From: Verrucomicrobiota bacterium
GTDB taxonomy: Bacteria > Verrucomicrobiota > Verrucomicrobiia > Verrucomicrobiales > DEV007
Assembly (NCBI GenBank): GCA_045046875.1
Contig: JASFYY010000093.1
Span: forward strand, 1-64,000
DNA length: 64,000 nt
Direction: 5' to 3'
The notes under the pieces were generated by a model. It was not told where the DNA came from and ran no database searches. It worked only from the letters and a program-made list of their open reading frames with translations. The translations under genes were made by a program, and so were the position numbers. Of the stretch, positions 1 to 11,178 are shown piece by piece; the stretch's first letter is position 1, and the number at the start of each line of letters is the position of its first letter.

Positions 1-152
1 TAGAAGATCGGGATACCTTTATATTGAAACGCGTAAAGCCTAGTAAATCGTTGCTCTCTAAAAAAGAAAAAAAAGCCACTTAAGTTGACGCGTATGCCTA
101 AAAGGGCGACATGATGTTGATGGGTGATAAGGTAGCTTTCAATAAGCAATGG

Positions 153-806
153 CTAACTTTTTTGTCCTCCACCTCCCTCAATCTCCTTGATCGACGAGGC
201 TCTCTGATCGGCCTTGTTTTCATCACCTTTTCTTTGAGCATCTTCAATAGATCTGTCAAATCCAGTCTCTAGATCTACCTCCGCACGCCCATCCCCAAGA
301 GCTGCTGCCTCCCTCAACCAATAACTACGGTATCTTTCATCCCCGATGAACAACCCGTAATATTGATACAAACGGTATGCTGCTAATGAATCTCCCTTGC
401 TGGCAGCACAGATTTTCTCAACTAAGTCATCAGCTTTTAAATCAAAAACCTCAGCAGCCAATATGGCATCAGGAAATTTTGATACAAAAGGTTTACTATA
501 TCTTTCAGCCTCCTGGTTTTTTGTAAGAATTCCTGCTGCCGCACGGTGGCCCAAAACTGAAGCCTTCTCTAACCAATAAGAACTCAAATAAATCCCTTCT
601 ACTCCGTGAAAAACATAATAACCATACAGTCGAAACGCAGCATCCTTATCAGCTTCCATTGCCTGACAAGTCAACTTAACGAACTGGGGCGGTTCCAAAT
701 CGAAAGACAAATTACCAACAACAGCTTCCTCTGTTTGTTTGTGACAACTTAGACCTCCTAAAACCAAAACACTTAAAGAAAAAACAATCTTGCCCCACAC
801 CTTCAT
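153..806 (-). CDS. Putative lipoprotein with two Sel1-like helical repeats (function unknown, immunity-protein-like)
   Basis: Signal peptide with lipobox-like LGGLSC; duplicated unit DAAFRLYGYY...YWLEKASVLG / LAAYRLYQYY...YWLREAAALG; visibly more AT-rich than trpEG. Confidence 0.7.
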   Translation of the reverse strand: MKVWGKIVFSLSVLVLGGLSCHKQTEEAVVGNLSFDLEPPQFVKLTCQAMEADKDAAFRLYGYYVFHGVEGIYLSSYWLEKASVLGHRAAAGILTKNQEAERYSKPFVSKFPDAILAAEVFDLKADDLVEKICAASKGDSLAAYRLYQYYGLFIGDERYRSYWLREAAALGDGRAEVDLETGFDRSIEDAQRKGDENKADQRASSIKEIEGGGGQKS

Positions 807-817
807 CCTTTTTCCTC

Positions 818-844
818 TTATTCGTGTGAATTAGTGGTGCTCCC
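818..844. repeat. Dispersed 10-nt-unit repeat, family A copy 1
   Basis: attcgtgtga attagtggtg ctccc, just past the trpG stop codon. Confidence 0.7.
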
Positions 845-848
845 TCTT

Positions 849-1415
849 TCAACCCACCTCCAAGAAGTTCTTCAAGAGCTTCTTCCCCTCTTTCGTCAAA
901 ATCGACTCGGGGTGAAACTGCACGCCGTAAAGTTCATACTCACGGTGTTTTAATCCCATCACCTCGCCCTCTTCCGTCTCCGCCGTGATCTCCAAAAAGT
1001 CTGGGATCGTATCGCGTTTCACGATCAGTGAGTGATAACGTGTCGCTTCAAAAGGATTCTCCAAGCCGACAAACAAACCGTCGTCATGATGCTTGATTGG
1101 TGAAGTCTTGCCGTGCATCAGGCGATCTGCTCGCACCACCTGCGCGCCATACACCTGCGCCAGACATTGATGGCCTAGACACACTCCAAGTAACGGTAAA
1201 CTTTCACCAAACTCGCGAATCACATCGCAACTGATGCCCGCTTCATTGGGCGTGCAGGGCCCCGGAGAAATACAAATCCGCTCAGGATTTTTCTCCCGTA
1301 TCTCGTCGATGCTTATTTCATCATTACGATACACCTCCAGTTCCGCACCCAGCTCACCAAAGTACTGGACGAGATTGTAAGTGAATGAATCGTAATTATC
1401 GATGACTAAGAGCAC
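849..1415 (-). CDS. trpG: Anthranilate/aminodeoxychorismate synthase component II (glutamine amidotransferase)
   Basis: [25 protein letters not shown] and QFHPES motifs; adjacent to trpE. Confidence 0.95.
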   Translation of the reverse strand: MLLVIDNYDSFTYNLVQYFGELGAELEVYRNDEISIDEIREKNPERICISPGPCTPNEAGISCDVIREFGESLPLLGVCLGHQCLAQVYGAQVVRADRLMHGKTSPIKHHDDGLFVGLENPFEATRYHSLIVKRDTIPDFLEITAETEEGEVMGLKHREYELYGVQFHPESILTKEGKKLLKNFLEVG

Positions 1416-1432
1416 AGCTATAAAATTTAAAA

Positions 1433-2944
1433 TTACAGTTCTGCGAGTTGCCTCGCTCTCGCGATTGCCCGCATCATTCCCCGGGCTTTGTTCACGGTTT
1501 CTTCGTATTCACTTTCCGGCACTGAGTCAGCTACTATCCCTGCGCCCGCCTGCACATAAGCTTTCCCGCCCTTCAACACCACTGTACGCAGAGCAATGCA
1601 GGAATCCGAATTGCCATCAAAACCAAAATAGCCCACCGCCCCTGCATAAGCACAGCGTTTACTCTCTTCCATCTCATTGATAATCTGCATCGCTCTTACC
1701 TTAGGGCTACCGGAAACCGTTCCCGCCGGGAAAGTCGCCCGCATCACGTCGTAAGCATTTTTATCATCTTTCAACAGCCCTTCAACATCCGACACGATAT
1801 GCATGACGTGGCTGAACTTTTCGATGATCATAAAATCCGTGACCTTCACTGAATCGTAGCAAGCCACTCGCCCTACATCATTTCTCGCTAGGTCAATCAG
1901 CATGATGTGCTCGGCACGCTCCTTGGGATCTGAGAGCAAGTCATCAGCCAAGGCCTGATCATCTTCCGCTGTTACCCCTCTCTTACGCGTTCCCGCAAGA
2001 GGGCGTATCTCAATTTTCTTATCAATCGCCCGCGCATGAACTTCAGGCGAACTTCCCACTAAAGAAAAGTCGTCATCAAATTGTAGGCAAAACATATAAG
2101 GTGAAGGATTCACATGCCGTAAAGCGCGATAAAGGTCCACCGGGCTCCCTGTGTAGTCAGTCTCAAAACGCTGGGACGGCACCACTTGGAACACATCACC
2201 GGCGTAAATATATTCTTTCGCTTTTTTCACCATCGCCTCGTAAGCCTCCTTGGTGGTATTGCTCCTCGGCTCGATTTCGTCCGCTTCGGCCAGAGCGACC
2301 AGGGGCTCGAATTGCAGAGGCTCCGACAAACAGACAATCAGCCCCTTGATTTTCTCCCTAGCGGCTTCGTAAGCCTGCTCTACAGACTCGTAGTCATCCA
2401 CACAAATATTCGCGACCAGTTGCATCCGTCGATAGCGATGATCAAAAATCACCAGCGTATCCGTCACCATAAAAATCATGTCAGGAACGCCAAGCTCGTC
2501 TTTTGGTGGAGCCGGAATACTTGGCTCGAAAAAACGCACCATATCGTAGGCCAAATAACCGACCGCCCCACCATCAAAAACAGGTAGCTCACTGTTTCTG
2601 ACAGGCCGGTAGCCCTCCATGATACGCTCCAGTTCATTCAGGGGGTCTCCCTGCGATTCATTCAGGTGATACTTTTTGACCTCCGCTCCGGTCGTCAGCT
2701 TGATCTCTCTCCCCCGTGCTTCAAAAACCATTTTCGGTCCACTGCCTAAAAACGAATAACGGCCAATTTCCTCACTGCTCTCTGCCGATTCCAACAAAAA
2801 ACATGGTCCGCCATCTGCGCTGATTTTCTGAAACGCCGATACCGGAGTTTCATAATCCGCCACCAGCTCAGTGTACACAGGAATCAAGTTCCCCTGTTCA
2901 CAAAGGGACTTAAATTCGTCCAGCGATGGTTTTAACGATATCAT
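1433..2944 (-). CDS. trpE: Anthranilate synthase component I
   Basis: LLESAE...[61 protein letters not shown]. Confidence 0.95.
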   Translation of the reverse strand: MISLKPSLDEFKSLCEQGNLIPVYTELVADYETPVSAFQKISADGGPCFLLESAESSEEIGRYSFLGSGPKMVFEARGREIKLTTGAEVKKYHLNESQGDPLNELERIMEGYRPVRNSELPVFDGGAVGYLAYDMVRFFEPSIPAPPKDELGVPDMIFMVTDTLVIFDHRYRRMQLVANICVDDYESVEQAYEAAREKIKGLIVCLSEPLQFEPLVALAEADEIEPRSNTTKEAYEAMVKKAKEYIYAGDVFQVVPSQRFETDYTGSPVDLYRALRHVNPSPYMFCLQFDDDFSLVGSSPEVHARAIDKKIEIRPLAGTRKRGVTAEDDQALADDLLSDPKERAEHIMLIDLARNDVGRVACYDSVKVTDFMIIEKFSHVMHIVSDVEGLLKDDKNAYDVMRATFPAGTVSGSPKVRAMQIINEMEESKRCAYAGAVGYFGFDGNSDSCIALRTVVLKGGKAYVQAGAGIVADSVPESEYEETVNKARGMMRAIARARQLAEL

Positions 2945-3030
2945 TAGAAATTATCAAACAATGAAGGCAGCCTCCATTTTTCTTGGCAAGATGCACCTTG
3001 TGCGATGCTTTGCAATGAAACAAAATCAAG

Positions 3031-3891
3031 TCACAAGCTCCACTGCGGCTGGGCTTCTTCCGTCTTCTGCTCGCACGACAACTCCTCTTCTGCCGGCGCA
3101 AGAGCTGGATCGGCAACCTGACGCAAATCCATCGGTTCACGCTGCGTGGCGCATGACACCTCGACATGCAAACCGCCTGCGGCCTGCAGTTCTTTTTTCA
3201 CAAACCCGGTCGCCACCTCCGAAGTATTACAATCACTGCTCAAGTGCCCCAATACCACCCGGCACATGCATGGCGAAGCTGACGCCACCGCCAACTCGGC
3301 TGCCTGCACATTCGACAAATGCCCGTGGCGCGAGGCAATGCGCTGTTTGATCGCCCAGGGTCGACGCTTGTCTTCCTGTAACATCAGCTCATCATAATTG
3401 GCCTCGACAAAAAGAGTGTTCACCTTTTTGAGCCGTTGCCTGACCATTTCGGTCACTTGACCGATATCACTGACAAAACCCAGACAACTCTCTTTACCCC
3501 GGAAAACAAAACCCACCGGATCCACCGCATCGTGAGGAATCGAAAAGCTTTCAACTTCAATTCCTCCCACTTGAAACCCATCTCCAGCCACAAACTGCTT
3601 CCACACCACTTCCGACTTCATCGACTCCCGCACCAAAGCGCTGGTATGGGAACAGGCATAAACATCCAGCTTACGCTTGCGACAAAACACATCCAGCCCA
3701 CCGACATGATCGCTGTGTTCGTGGGTCAATACCGCAGCACTGATCGTCTCGGGATCAATACCCACTTTTTCCAAGCGCAGGCACAACTGCTTAGCGCTCA
3801 AACCCGCATCGATGAGGATACGGGTTTGCCCCAGACACAACACGGCACTGTTACCAGCACTTCCACTTCCTAAAACTGCAAATTCAAGCAT
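3031..3891 (-). CDS. MBL-fold metallo-hydrolase (YycJ/WalJ-like)
   Basis: LGSGSAGN, IDAG, THEHSDH, PHDA, EANYD, GHLSN, LGHLS motifs. Confidence 0.9.
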   Translation of the reverse strand: MLEFAVLGSGSAGNSAVLCLGQTRILIDAGLSAKQLCLRLEKVGIDPETISAAVLTHEHSDHVGGLDVFCRKRKLDVYACSHTSALVRESMKSEVVWKQFVAGDGFQVGGIEVESFSIPHDAVDPVGFVFRGKESCLGFVSDIGQVTEMVRQRLKKVNTLFVEANYDELMLQEDKRRPWAIKQRIASRHGHLSNVQAAELAVASASPCMCRVVLGHLSSDCNTSEVATGFVKKELQAAGGLHVEVSCATQREPMDLRQVADPALAPAEEELSCEQKTEEAQPQWSL

Positions 3892-4030
3892 TTCACCTTG
3901 ATCCTAGATATTTAAGTTCAGCTAAACAACTGATTTTTTCCAATGCTGCCATTTTTCGCAGCAATTCTTGCATCTGATTGATATCCAGACGACTTTAAAC
4001 CCATCTGATCCAGTTTTATATTCATTCACT

Positions 4031-6613
4031 GTGAACCTGCGCCGCACCGTATTTCTCATCTTTCTGATCCTCGCCATTGCGGGCGGGGCTTGGGGGGCTT
4101 ATTACGCGCGGGAAAAGGGCTTCACCCGCACTTGGCGTGAGCTGATCGAAGCCGAGATTTCCAAACAAGGTTATTACGTCGACATCGGCAAACTCACCCT
4201 CGGCCCTTTGCAGGGACTCGTTGCACAGGATGTACGTTTTTATCAAGAGTCCAACCGAAAAACCGTCATTGCCTTCATCGACAAAGTGATCCTCGACATT
4301 GACCTGAGCCAGGTCATGGACAAAAAAATCCGCATCAATACCATCGACTTCAAAGATGCCGACCTATCCCTGCCCATCGATCCCAAGGATAAAAATAGTG
4401 AGCGCCTGCAAATCCGCCGTTGCTCTGCGCGCATCCTCATGCCCGCTGATAAAATTGAGATTGTCAAAGCCGAAGCCCTGATCCACGGCATCCAGTTTTC
4501 CCTCAAAGGTTCACTTTTCAAAGCTCCGACTACAGATGAACAAAGCGATTCATCCGACCAAGATCCCGAGGTGCTCAAAAAGGCGATGAAAAAGAAGCGC
4601 GCCGAGCAGATCCAATCGATCAGTGCCCGCCGTCAACTTTTCCATCAAATCCTTACTCAACTGGACACCTTTGTTTTCCCCGCCGACCAAGTGCCCCGCA
4701 TCGAACTCGACGTGCATGGAGCCTTGGACGAACTCGACTCCTTACGCATCACCGCAAGGATATCAGCCAATAATTTGAGTCGCCTGGGTTATAGCACAAA
4801 AAAGATCAATGCTCTGATCGATTATGACGGCAGCTCCGTCAAATTAAGGCAACTGAACTTACAAGATGACAAAGGCAACCTACGCTTGCGCGGAGAATGG
4901 TTGCGCTCTGAAAAATACGTAGACTTCAATTTGGAATCATCCATCGACGTGCAATCCCTGGCTCACTCCATTTACCCTTCACCTGCCATTGGTGAAGTGG
5001 TGTTTTTCAGTCCTCCTCAAATCGATATAGAAGGGCGCTGGTTTTTTGACCGCGCTCTGGAATTTCCAAAGCTGCCTTTAACGGCAATAGGGAAATTCCA
5101 CTGCGAAAAGTTTGGCAGTCGGGGAGAGGTTTTTGATGGCCTTAAAACCGATTTCAGCCTGGCGGATGGAAAATATTATTTGAGAAACGTGCGCCTGGAT
5201 CACAAAAGCGGAATGGCCATCGCCAACGGCCTGTATGACATCCCCAACCAGGATTTTCGATTTGAAGCCGAAATCAAATTCGACATCACCACCTTCATCC
5301 CATTCATGCCTAAAGAAAAAACGCGTAAGTTTCTGCGCAAATGGCGCTTCGACAACGAATCAACCGTCTACCTCGGCGTCACCGGAAGCGGCCCCAGTTG
5401 GCAACCCAGGACTTGGAATATGAGTGGTCCGATTGACCTGCGCAACTGCCGCTTCAACGGGGTATTTTTTGAGCACATATCCCTCGACTTCGAAGCCAAT
5501 GACAAACGCCAGCACTACTACCGTAATCTGGTTATGGCCAGACCCGATGGAGTGGGTTCCGCCGACCTCGTATCCAACCACTTGGACAACAAACAATTTA
5601 AGGTGGTCAAAGGTCAATGGACTCTCCCCATTGTCACCGGCATGAGCGCATTCAGTCCCAAACTAGCAGAAAAACTCACTCCTTACCGGTTCAGCAAACC
5701 TCCATCAATCCAGATTTCCGGACATATTGATGCGCGCAAAAAAGAAGAGCTCGGGTCAAATATTCGACAAAATAATCTCGATATCACATTCACTGGCAAT
5801 ACGCCTCTAAGCTACAAATTTTTAGGCAAAGATCTGAAACTCGACCAACCCAAAGGCCACCTAACTATCAAAGAAGATACGATCCATCTGACTTCTTTCA
5901 CCGCCAAAACCCTGAATGGTGAACTCACCGCAGAATACCGTATCGAAAAGCCCAACACAGAAAAGAAGTATGCCGCAAGTGTCGAACTCAATCATGTCGA
6001 TTTCCGCGAACTCACCCGCCTTTACAGTAATTACGAAAGCACCACCGGCGACCTCCATGTGCAAGCCGAGCTGCAAGGCATCCATGGTGATCTGAATACC
6101 ATGAGCGGATCCGGCAGTGTCAATCTCCACAACGGCGACCTCTTCGCCGTTCCGATGTTGGGCCCCTTTTCAAAAATCATGACCGACATTATGCCTAAAG
6201 CCAAGCCTGGTTACAGCGTCGTCAAAGAAGCCTCAGCGGTTTTCACTCTTGAAGACGGTATCGTGCGAACAGAAAACCTCGAAGCTTTGGGCAGCACATT
6301 CAAATTCAAGAGTGATGGCAGTATTCGGCTCAGTGACAAAAAAATCAACATGGACGCCTCTTTTGACATCCGTGGAACCGCGGGAATCCTACTGTCTCCA
6401 GTCAGTAAAGTTGTTAGTAAAATATTCCAATATCACGCCGAAGGCACCATGTCCGATCCCCAGTGGGAAGCCAAATACATTCCTCGCATCATTCCCAAGA
6501 AAATGAGCATTTTCCCCAGGCGCAATACAGCTGCGCCAGCCCCCACGGAAACTGATAAACCCCGCAAAAAACTTTTTAACTTCAGGCTTAAGTCATCCAA
6601 AAAGAAAGATTAA
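4031..6613 (+). CDS. AsmA-like/YhdP-like envelope bridging protein
   Basis: Single N-terminal TM helix, long beta-rich body, AsmA-type C-terminus (GSGSVNLHNGDL...F.LEDGIV.TENL...GTMSDPQW); GTG start at 4031 inferred (ORF track start 3968). Confidence 0.75.
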   Translation: MNLRRTVFLIFLILAIAGGAWGAYYAREKGFTRTWRELIEAEISKQGYYVDIGKLTLGPLQGLVAQDVRFYQESNRKTVIAFIDKVILDIDLSQVMDKKIRINTIDFKDADLSLPIDPKDKNSERLQIRRCSARILMPADKIEIVKAEALIHGIQFSLKGSLFKAPTTDEQSDSSDQDPEVLKKAMKKKRAEQIQSISARRQLFHQILTQLDTFVFPADQVPRIELDVHGALDELDSLRITARISANNLSRLGYSTKKINALIDYDGSSVKLRQLNLQDDKGNLRLRGEWLRSEKYVDFNLESSIDVQSLAHSIYPSPAIGEVVFFSPPQIDIEGRWFFDRALEFPKLPLTAIGKFHCEKFGSRGEVFDGLKTDFSLADGKYYLRNVRLDHKSGMAIANGLYDIPNQDFRFEAEIKFDITTFIPFMPKEKTRKFLRKWRFDNESTVYLGVTGSGPSWQPRTWNMSGPIDLRNCRFNGVFFEHISLDFEANDKRQHYYRNLVMARPDGVGSADLVSNHLDNKQFKVVKGQWTLPIVTGMSAFSPKLAEKLTPYRFSKPPSIQISGHIDARKKEELGSNIRQNNLDITFTGNTPLSYKFLGKDLKLDQPKGHLTIKEDTIHLTSFTAKTLNGELTAEYRIEKPNTEKKYAASVELNHVDFRELTRLYSNYESTTGDLHVQAELQGIHGDLNTMSGSGSVNLHNGDLFAVPMLGPFSKIMTDIMPKAKPGYSVVKEASAVFTLEDGIVRTENLEALGSTFKFKSDGSIRLSDKKINMDASFDIRGTAGILLSPVSKVVSKIFQYHAEGTMSDPQWEAKYIPRIIPKKMSIFPRRNTAAPAPTETDKPRKKLFNFRLKSSKKKD

Positions 6614-6626
6614 ATCCCTTTACCCG

Positions 6627-8138
6627 CTACACCATCACATTCTGGTAATCATCCACTTGCTCCAAAGAATCCGGAGACAATACCCCCACAGATGAATGCT
6701 CTGCCATCAAAGGCATCGTAGGGTTTTTAAAATCGATACCGGCCAAATCCAGATAATGATGAAAGACATCGGTGTTCTGAATAAAACCACGGAACTTCTC
6801 TGCCCCCGGGCCAAGCGCCGTCAATGGCACATAGTCTGCCGTATGCATATTCGCTGACCAACCAATGCCCCAGTGATTACCCATCAACTGGCCGAGCTGG
6901 GCGACCACAGAGTTCAGCAAACTATACAGAGGATCCCCCTTACGCTCAAAATAAGGAGCCAATTGATCCACCTTTGACATCGGCACCCTGTAACCCGTGC
7001 ACTCCACAATCACTTTACGAATTTGCTCTGCCGTCGGCATCCTGCCCATAGCTTTGAGCATCACCGAAAACGAAGCCGTTGCTTCTTTCAAATGGCCGAA
7101 CAACTCAGGACTCTGACCATAACCTGGCCCGGCTCCATTTAAACCCGGGTTACCATTACCATGATCGGTGGTGATAATCACCAAGGTTTCCGGATGCTGT
7201 TTCTGATAATCCAGGCATTGCTCCACCGCCTCATCAAAGGCAATCTGATCACGAAAAGCACCAATCGCATCACAGGTATGACAAGCATGGTCCACCCGAC
7301 CTCCTTCTACCTGCAGGATAAAACGATCTGATCTCCCCAAATTCTGCAGGGCTCGTTTTGTCATTTCAGCCAATGTTGGCACCTTTTTCTGCAACTCGAC
7401 ATCATTGAGATAATCCACACTGTAAGGCAAATGACTGTCAGAAAAAGTTCCCACCCAGGTTTTATCCAAAGGAGCTTTTTCAAGCTCCGCTTTGGACTGC
7501 ATCACGGTGTAACCCTTCTTTAGATAGTCAGCATAAAGATCTTTTTTATCGGTGCGTGTGCTCGAATCAAAATGTTTGCGTCCTCCACCCAAGAGCACCT
7601 CGACGCCTCTTTCCAAATACTGCTCGGCGATGGTTTCTCCCATCCCGCGTTTGGCCACTGCTGCGGCAAAACCTGCGGGAGTGGCGTGAGTCAGCTCCGT
7701 AGTCGTTACCAATCCCCGTTTCCATCCGGCGTCGCCAAGAACTTCATAAAGGGTTTTCAAATTACGCCCGTCCGGCAGTTGATTCACCGCACCGTTGACA
7801 ATGCGTGACCCGCTGCCCCAGCTACTGGACGCCGCCGAAGAATCCGTCACCTGGGAGTTCAATGACCGCATATTCATCAACGCATTGACCACACCCTGCT
7901 GGTTCAGAAGTTGCGTCCACACCAAACCGCGACCGCGAACTTGTTGGGACAAATAATCCGCACAGGTCAAAGTCCCCATGCTCATGCCATCGGCTACCAA
8001 TTGAATGATCTTCTGCGGCGCGGCTTCCCCCGTCCCTGCCTCTTTGGCACTGGCTGTCCGCGCACTCGCTCCGGTAAAACCGCCCGATGCCGCTAGAGCC
8101 AAACCTGATCGACTGAGAAAACTACGTCGTGTGTTCAT
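6627..8138 (-). CDS. phoA: Alkaline phosphatase (PhoA family), Tat-exported
   Basis: Twin-Arg signal TRRSFL; ADGM, VTDSSAA (catalytic Ser), HATPA, VEGGRVDHACH, TTDHG. Confidence 0.9.
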   Translation of the reverse strand: MNTRRSFLSRSGLALAASGGFTGASARTASAKEAGTGEAAPQKIIQLVADGMSMGTLTCADYLSQQVRGRGLVWTQLLNQQGVVNALMNMRSLNSQVTDSSAASSSWGSGSRIVNGAVNQLPDGRNLKTLYEVLGDAGWKRGLVTTTELTHATPAGFAAAVAKRGMGETIAEQYLERGVEVLLGGGRKHFDSSTRTDKKDLYADYLKKGYTVMQSKAELEKAPLDKTWVGTFSDSHLPYSVDYLNDVELQKKVPTLAEMTKRALQNLGRSDRFILQVEGGRVDHACHTCDAIGAFRDQIAFDEAVEQCLDYQKQHPETLVIITTDHGNGNPGLNGAGPGYGQSPELFGHLKEATASFSVMLKAMGRMPTAEQIRKVIVECTGYRVPMSKVDQLAPYFERKGDPLYSLLNSVVAQLGQLMGNHWGIGWSANMHTADYVPLTALGPGAEKFRGFIQNTDVFHHYLDLAGIDFKNPTMPLMAEHSSVGVLSPDSLEQVDDYQNVMV

Positions 8139-8173
8139 ACCAATGTTTTGATTAACAAGCTATAATCCTCTGC

Positions 8174-9793
8174 TCACTTGGCCTGGGCTTTAGCTGTCTC
8201 AGGATTTGTGATCATAGGAAAATCATCAGTACGGAAAGGCGTCATCGGCAGATTTTCGCCACTGCGCATGTTCGCAACCGGATTAGCAGCCCAGGCATAA
8301 CGAACCGCCAACGGCTCTTTTATCTCGTCACTCCAAACTTCCACCTGATTGATTCCTACCATCTTCCCCTTGGCCCAAACAAATTTTTTGTCAGCGGCGG
8401 CAATGGAAAACCCAATAGGCTCTCTCACATCAAAAGTGTATAAGCCCTTTGACCCCACATGATCAAAAGTCAGTAGAATTTTATTACCCTTCTTTTCCAT
8501 TTTTTTATAAGTCGGACTCTGATACACAATTGTTTTATCGAAGCCATAGTCTTTAGCCAAGGCCCAACGAGCCAGGCGTTCTCCCACCGTGCGCTTGTTC
8601 CGGGGATGAATGTCACGCCCTTCACCGATATCGATAATCACCGCTTCCCCGGTGTTTTTGAGTTTGGACATCGTCAAGGTCTGGGCTTCACGTAACTCCG
8701 CCCACTGGCTGTCCTCTGGCTCGGGTTTTTCTCCCTTGAAGTCTGCCAACTGCACCCAATAAAAAGGGAAATCTCCCTGTCCCCACTCGTCCCGCCAATT
8801 TTGGATCATCAAAGGAAAAAGCGAACGGTATTCATAAGCCCGTCCCGCATTGGATTCACCCTGATACCAAATCGCGCCACGCATCCCGTATCCGATCACC
8901 GGGTGTAAAACTCCGTTGTAAAGGTTGGCCGGACGGTTATTGCCTGTGAGCATATTCCTAGGCCTACGTGGTGCTGGAGGAATCGGTTTATTGGCCGCTT
9001 TAGCCTCTTTCACCTTCACTTGCCAAGCTGCTCTTTTCACTTGATAAGCTTTCATCAGAACATCAAAATCGTAAGTTTTCTCAATTTTTGCCCAGCGTTC
9101 CATCAAGGCTTTGTATTTAGGATCTTTCTCCAACAAATCACGTCGCACCCAGGCTTCGGCAGCAGAACCACCCCAGGCATTGTCGATCAATCCAACCGGC
9201 ACACCCAATGCCTGATGCAGCAATCGGCCAAAGTAATAACCCACAGCGGTGAAATTCGCCGTCACCCCCGGTTCACATTCATCCCACTGTCCCTTGAAAT
9301 GATCTTGTGGTTGCTGATTCGCCAAATTGGGAACCGAGATCATTCTGATCTGATGATGGTGTGCTGTCAAAGCCTCCAAATCCCCGCCATAACTGCGCCC
9401 CACGGTAAAAGACATATTCGACTGTCCGGAACACAACCACACCTCACCCACCAAAATATTCGCCAAAGTAATTTTCTCACCGCCCGAACCAGTGATCACC
9501 ATGTCCTGCGGCTTGGCATTGGCCTTCATCGCTTTTAAGACCACTTGCCAGCGTCCCTTGTCATTGGCTTTGCCTTTCACATTCTGACCGGCAAAAGAAA
9601 CACTCACCTCCTGCCCGGCATCATCCCATCCCCAAATATTCAACTCCTGCTCCCGCTGCAAGACCATGTTGTCCCCGACAATGGTCGGCAATTTTAAACC
9701 CGCAATCAAACTGCCGGGTAAAGTGAACAATGCCACAAGTGAAAACAAGCCCAGAGCCCGGGCAAAACGACGATTGAATACTGGAGATTTCAT
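8174..9793 (-). CDS. Sialate O-acetylesterase family (SASA) secreted esterase
   Basis: GDNMVLQRE, GEVWLCSGQSNM, WGGSAAEAW, IWYQGESNA, DIHPRNK, AVRYAW; ATG 9793 inferred. Confidence 0.9.
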   Translation of the reverse strand: MKSPVFNRRFARALGLFSLVALFTLPGSLIAGLKLPTIVGDNMVLQREQELNIWGWDDAGQEVSVSFAGQNVKGKANDKGRWQVVLKAMKANAKPQDMVITGSGGEKITLANILVGEVWLCSGQSNMSFTVGRSYGGDLEALTAHHHQIRMISVPNLANQQPQDHFKGQWDECEPGVTANFTAVGYYFGRLLHQALGVPVGLIDNAWGGSAAEAWVRRDLLEKDPKYKALMERWAKIEKTYDFDVLMKAYQVKRAAWQVKVKEAKAANKPIPPAPRRPRNMLTGNNRPANLYNGVLHPVIGYGMRGAIWYQGESNAGRAYEYRSLFPLMIQNWRDEWGQGDFPFYWVQLADFKGEKPEPEDSQWAELREAQTLTMSKLKNTGEAVIIDIGEGRDIHPRNKRTVGERLARWALAKDYGFDKTIVYQSPTYKKMEKKGNKILLTFDHVGSKGLYTFDVREPIGFSIAAADKKFVWAKGKMVGINQVEVWSDEIKEPLAVRYAWAANPVANMRSGENLPMTPFRTDDFPMITNPETAKAQAK

Positions 9794-9905
9794 AGACGGG
9801 AAACCAAGCACCTCCTTGCAAGCAGTCAAACCCGCAATCACGGGAGGTTGACTTTTTATCCATCCAATTTGCCCGCCTCCCTCCTAAAGTCTAATCACCG
9901 ATGGC

Positions 9906-11159
9906 CTATTCATCTATGGCCGGTACCGCAATCATGTCGATCAATATCCCACGATCGGCCACCCCTATCTCCTTCAAAGTCACCTTCGATGCCGCTGGTG
10001 GTCTTTTTGCATCATACACTTTGGGCCGTAGTTCATTCAAAGCCTTGCTGACCTCTGGATTTGAAACGTAATAAGTCGCTTTGACCAAGTGATTAAAATC
10101 CCCTCCCGCAGCCTCCACCGCTTTGCCCATACGATCATATAATGTTTTGACCTCGTCCTCAGCATCTTCCCCCGGATCACCCACCCCACCACCGACATAG
10201 ATCAAGTCATGCTCCCGCACCACCACCACCTTGCTGTAAACCGGTGAAGGCTTGTCTCCCGGCGGAGTCATATACATCACCTTGTTACCCTCTCCCCTCC
10301 TGTTCGGAATCGCCGCCACCACTTCGATCTCAGTGGGATAAGAAGAAGATTCCCATTCCACCATCACCACTGGCGGCCGATCCATTTTCTCAAAAAAATT
10401 CTGGATGGCTTCGGCGGCAAAAACCGCTTTATGCATCGGTTTCAGAAAAACCTTAACCTGCACCACGCTCTCCGCATTGCCTCCCAACATTTGCAACACG
10501 GAAATCAACTGCTCCATCGTAGCTTGAGTTGCTTCACCTAAGTCATCCGCCTTGGATGCCCTGCCTGATATATAAACCAAATCCGTTTTATGTCCCGACA
10601 CGGCTGCCAAAGCCTCTCCTCCAAAAGTCCTCCCTTTGATCGCATGCAAATCACTCCACATCTCAACTCCCTTGGGAGTATCCGAGTCGACAATCACAGC
10701 CACCGCGTCCAGAGCAACTAAAGCTCCCGGTCGTGCTAAAGGCGTAACAATGAGAGTTAGCGCAGGCATGGGATGTTTTGCAAACCACGTGACCAGTAAT
10801 TTTTCGACCTTCTCACAATCCCCCGCAGCACTCACATAAACATTAAGTTTGACCACTTGATCCACGCTCCCTCCCCCATGCTCTTTCAGAATCCCTTCAA
10901 GTTCGTTCAACAAAGAATCGACCTGCCCTTGCAAAGTAGAACTGCCGCTGCTTTTCGGATCCAAAACCGGAAACAGTTGCGTGGTGTGAACCAAAACGCC
11001 ACCGCTCACCTTGACGGCAACAGGAATACCTGTGCTCTTGTCCTGTAAAAAATACTCAATACTGATTGCCTCCGCTGCTTCCTCACCTCCCCCATCGCCC
11101 GAGCACCCCGTTAGCATCAAAATCAAAACCGCCCATACAGCATTCCTTCTAATAGACAT
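9906..11159 (-). CDS. Lipoprotein with three tandem RidA/YjgF-like domains
   Basis: Lipobox LTGC; three YjgF-type units (VVKLNVYV...PALT...VALDAVA; VVQVKVFL...PPVV...TEIEVVA; LVKATYYV...PAAS...ILIDMIA). Confidence 0.8.
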   Translation of the reverse strand: MSIRRNAVWAVLILMLTGCSGDGGGEEAAEAISIEYFLQDKSTGIPVAVKVSGGVLVHTTQLFPVLDPKSSGSSTLQGQVDSLLNELEGILKEHGGGSVDQVVKLNVYVSAAGDCEKVEKLLVTWFAKHPMPALTLIVTPLARPGALVALDAVAVIVDSDTPKGVEMWSDLHAIKGRTFGGEALAAVSGHKTDLVYISGRASKADDLGEATQATMEQLISVLQMLGGNAESVVQVKVFLKPMHKAVFAAEAIQNFFEKMDRPPVVMVEWESSSYPTEIEVVAAIPNRRGEGNKVMYMTPPGDKPSPVYSKVVVVREHDLIYVGGGVGDPGEDAEDEVKTLYDRMGKAVEAAGGDFNHLVKATYYVSNPEVSKALNELRPKVYDAKRPPAASKVTLKEIGVADRGILIDMIAVPAIDE

Positions 11160-11178
11160 GGCCTTGCAAAAAAAATAA

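Noticed and set aside
2945..3030. Trp attenuator or T-box upstream of trpE
   Set aside because: Only 86 nt; the short ORF there (MEAAFIV) has no Trp codons and no terminator hairpin is evident
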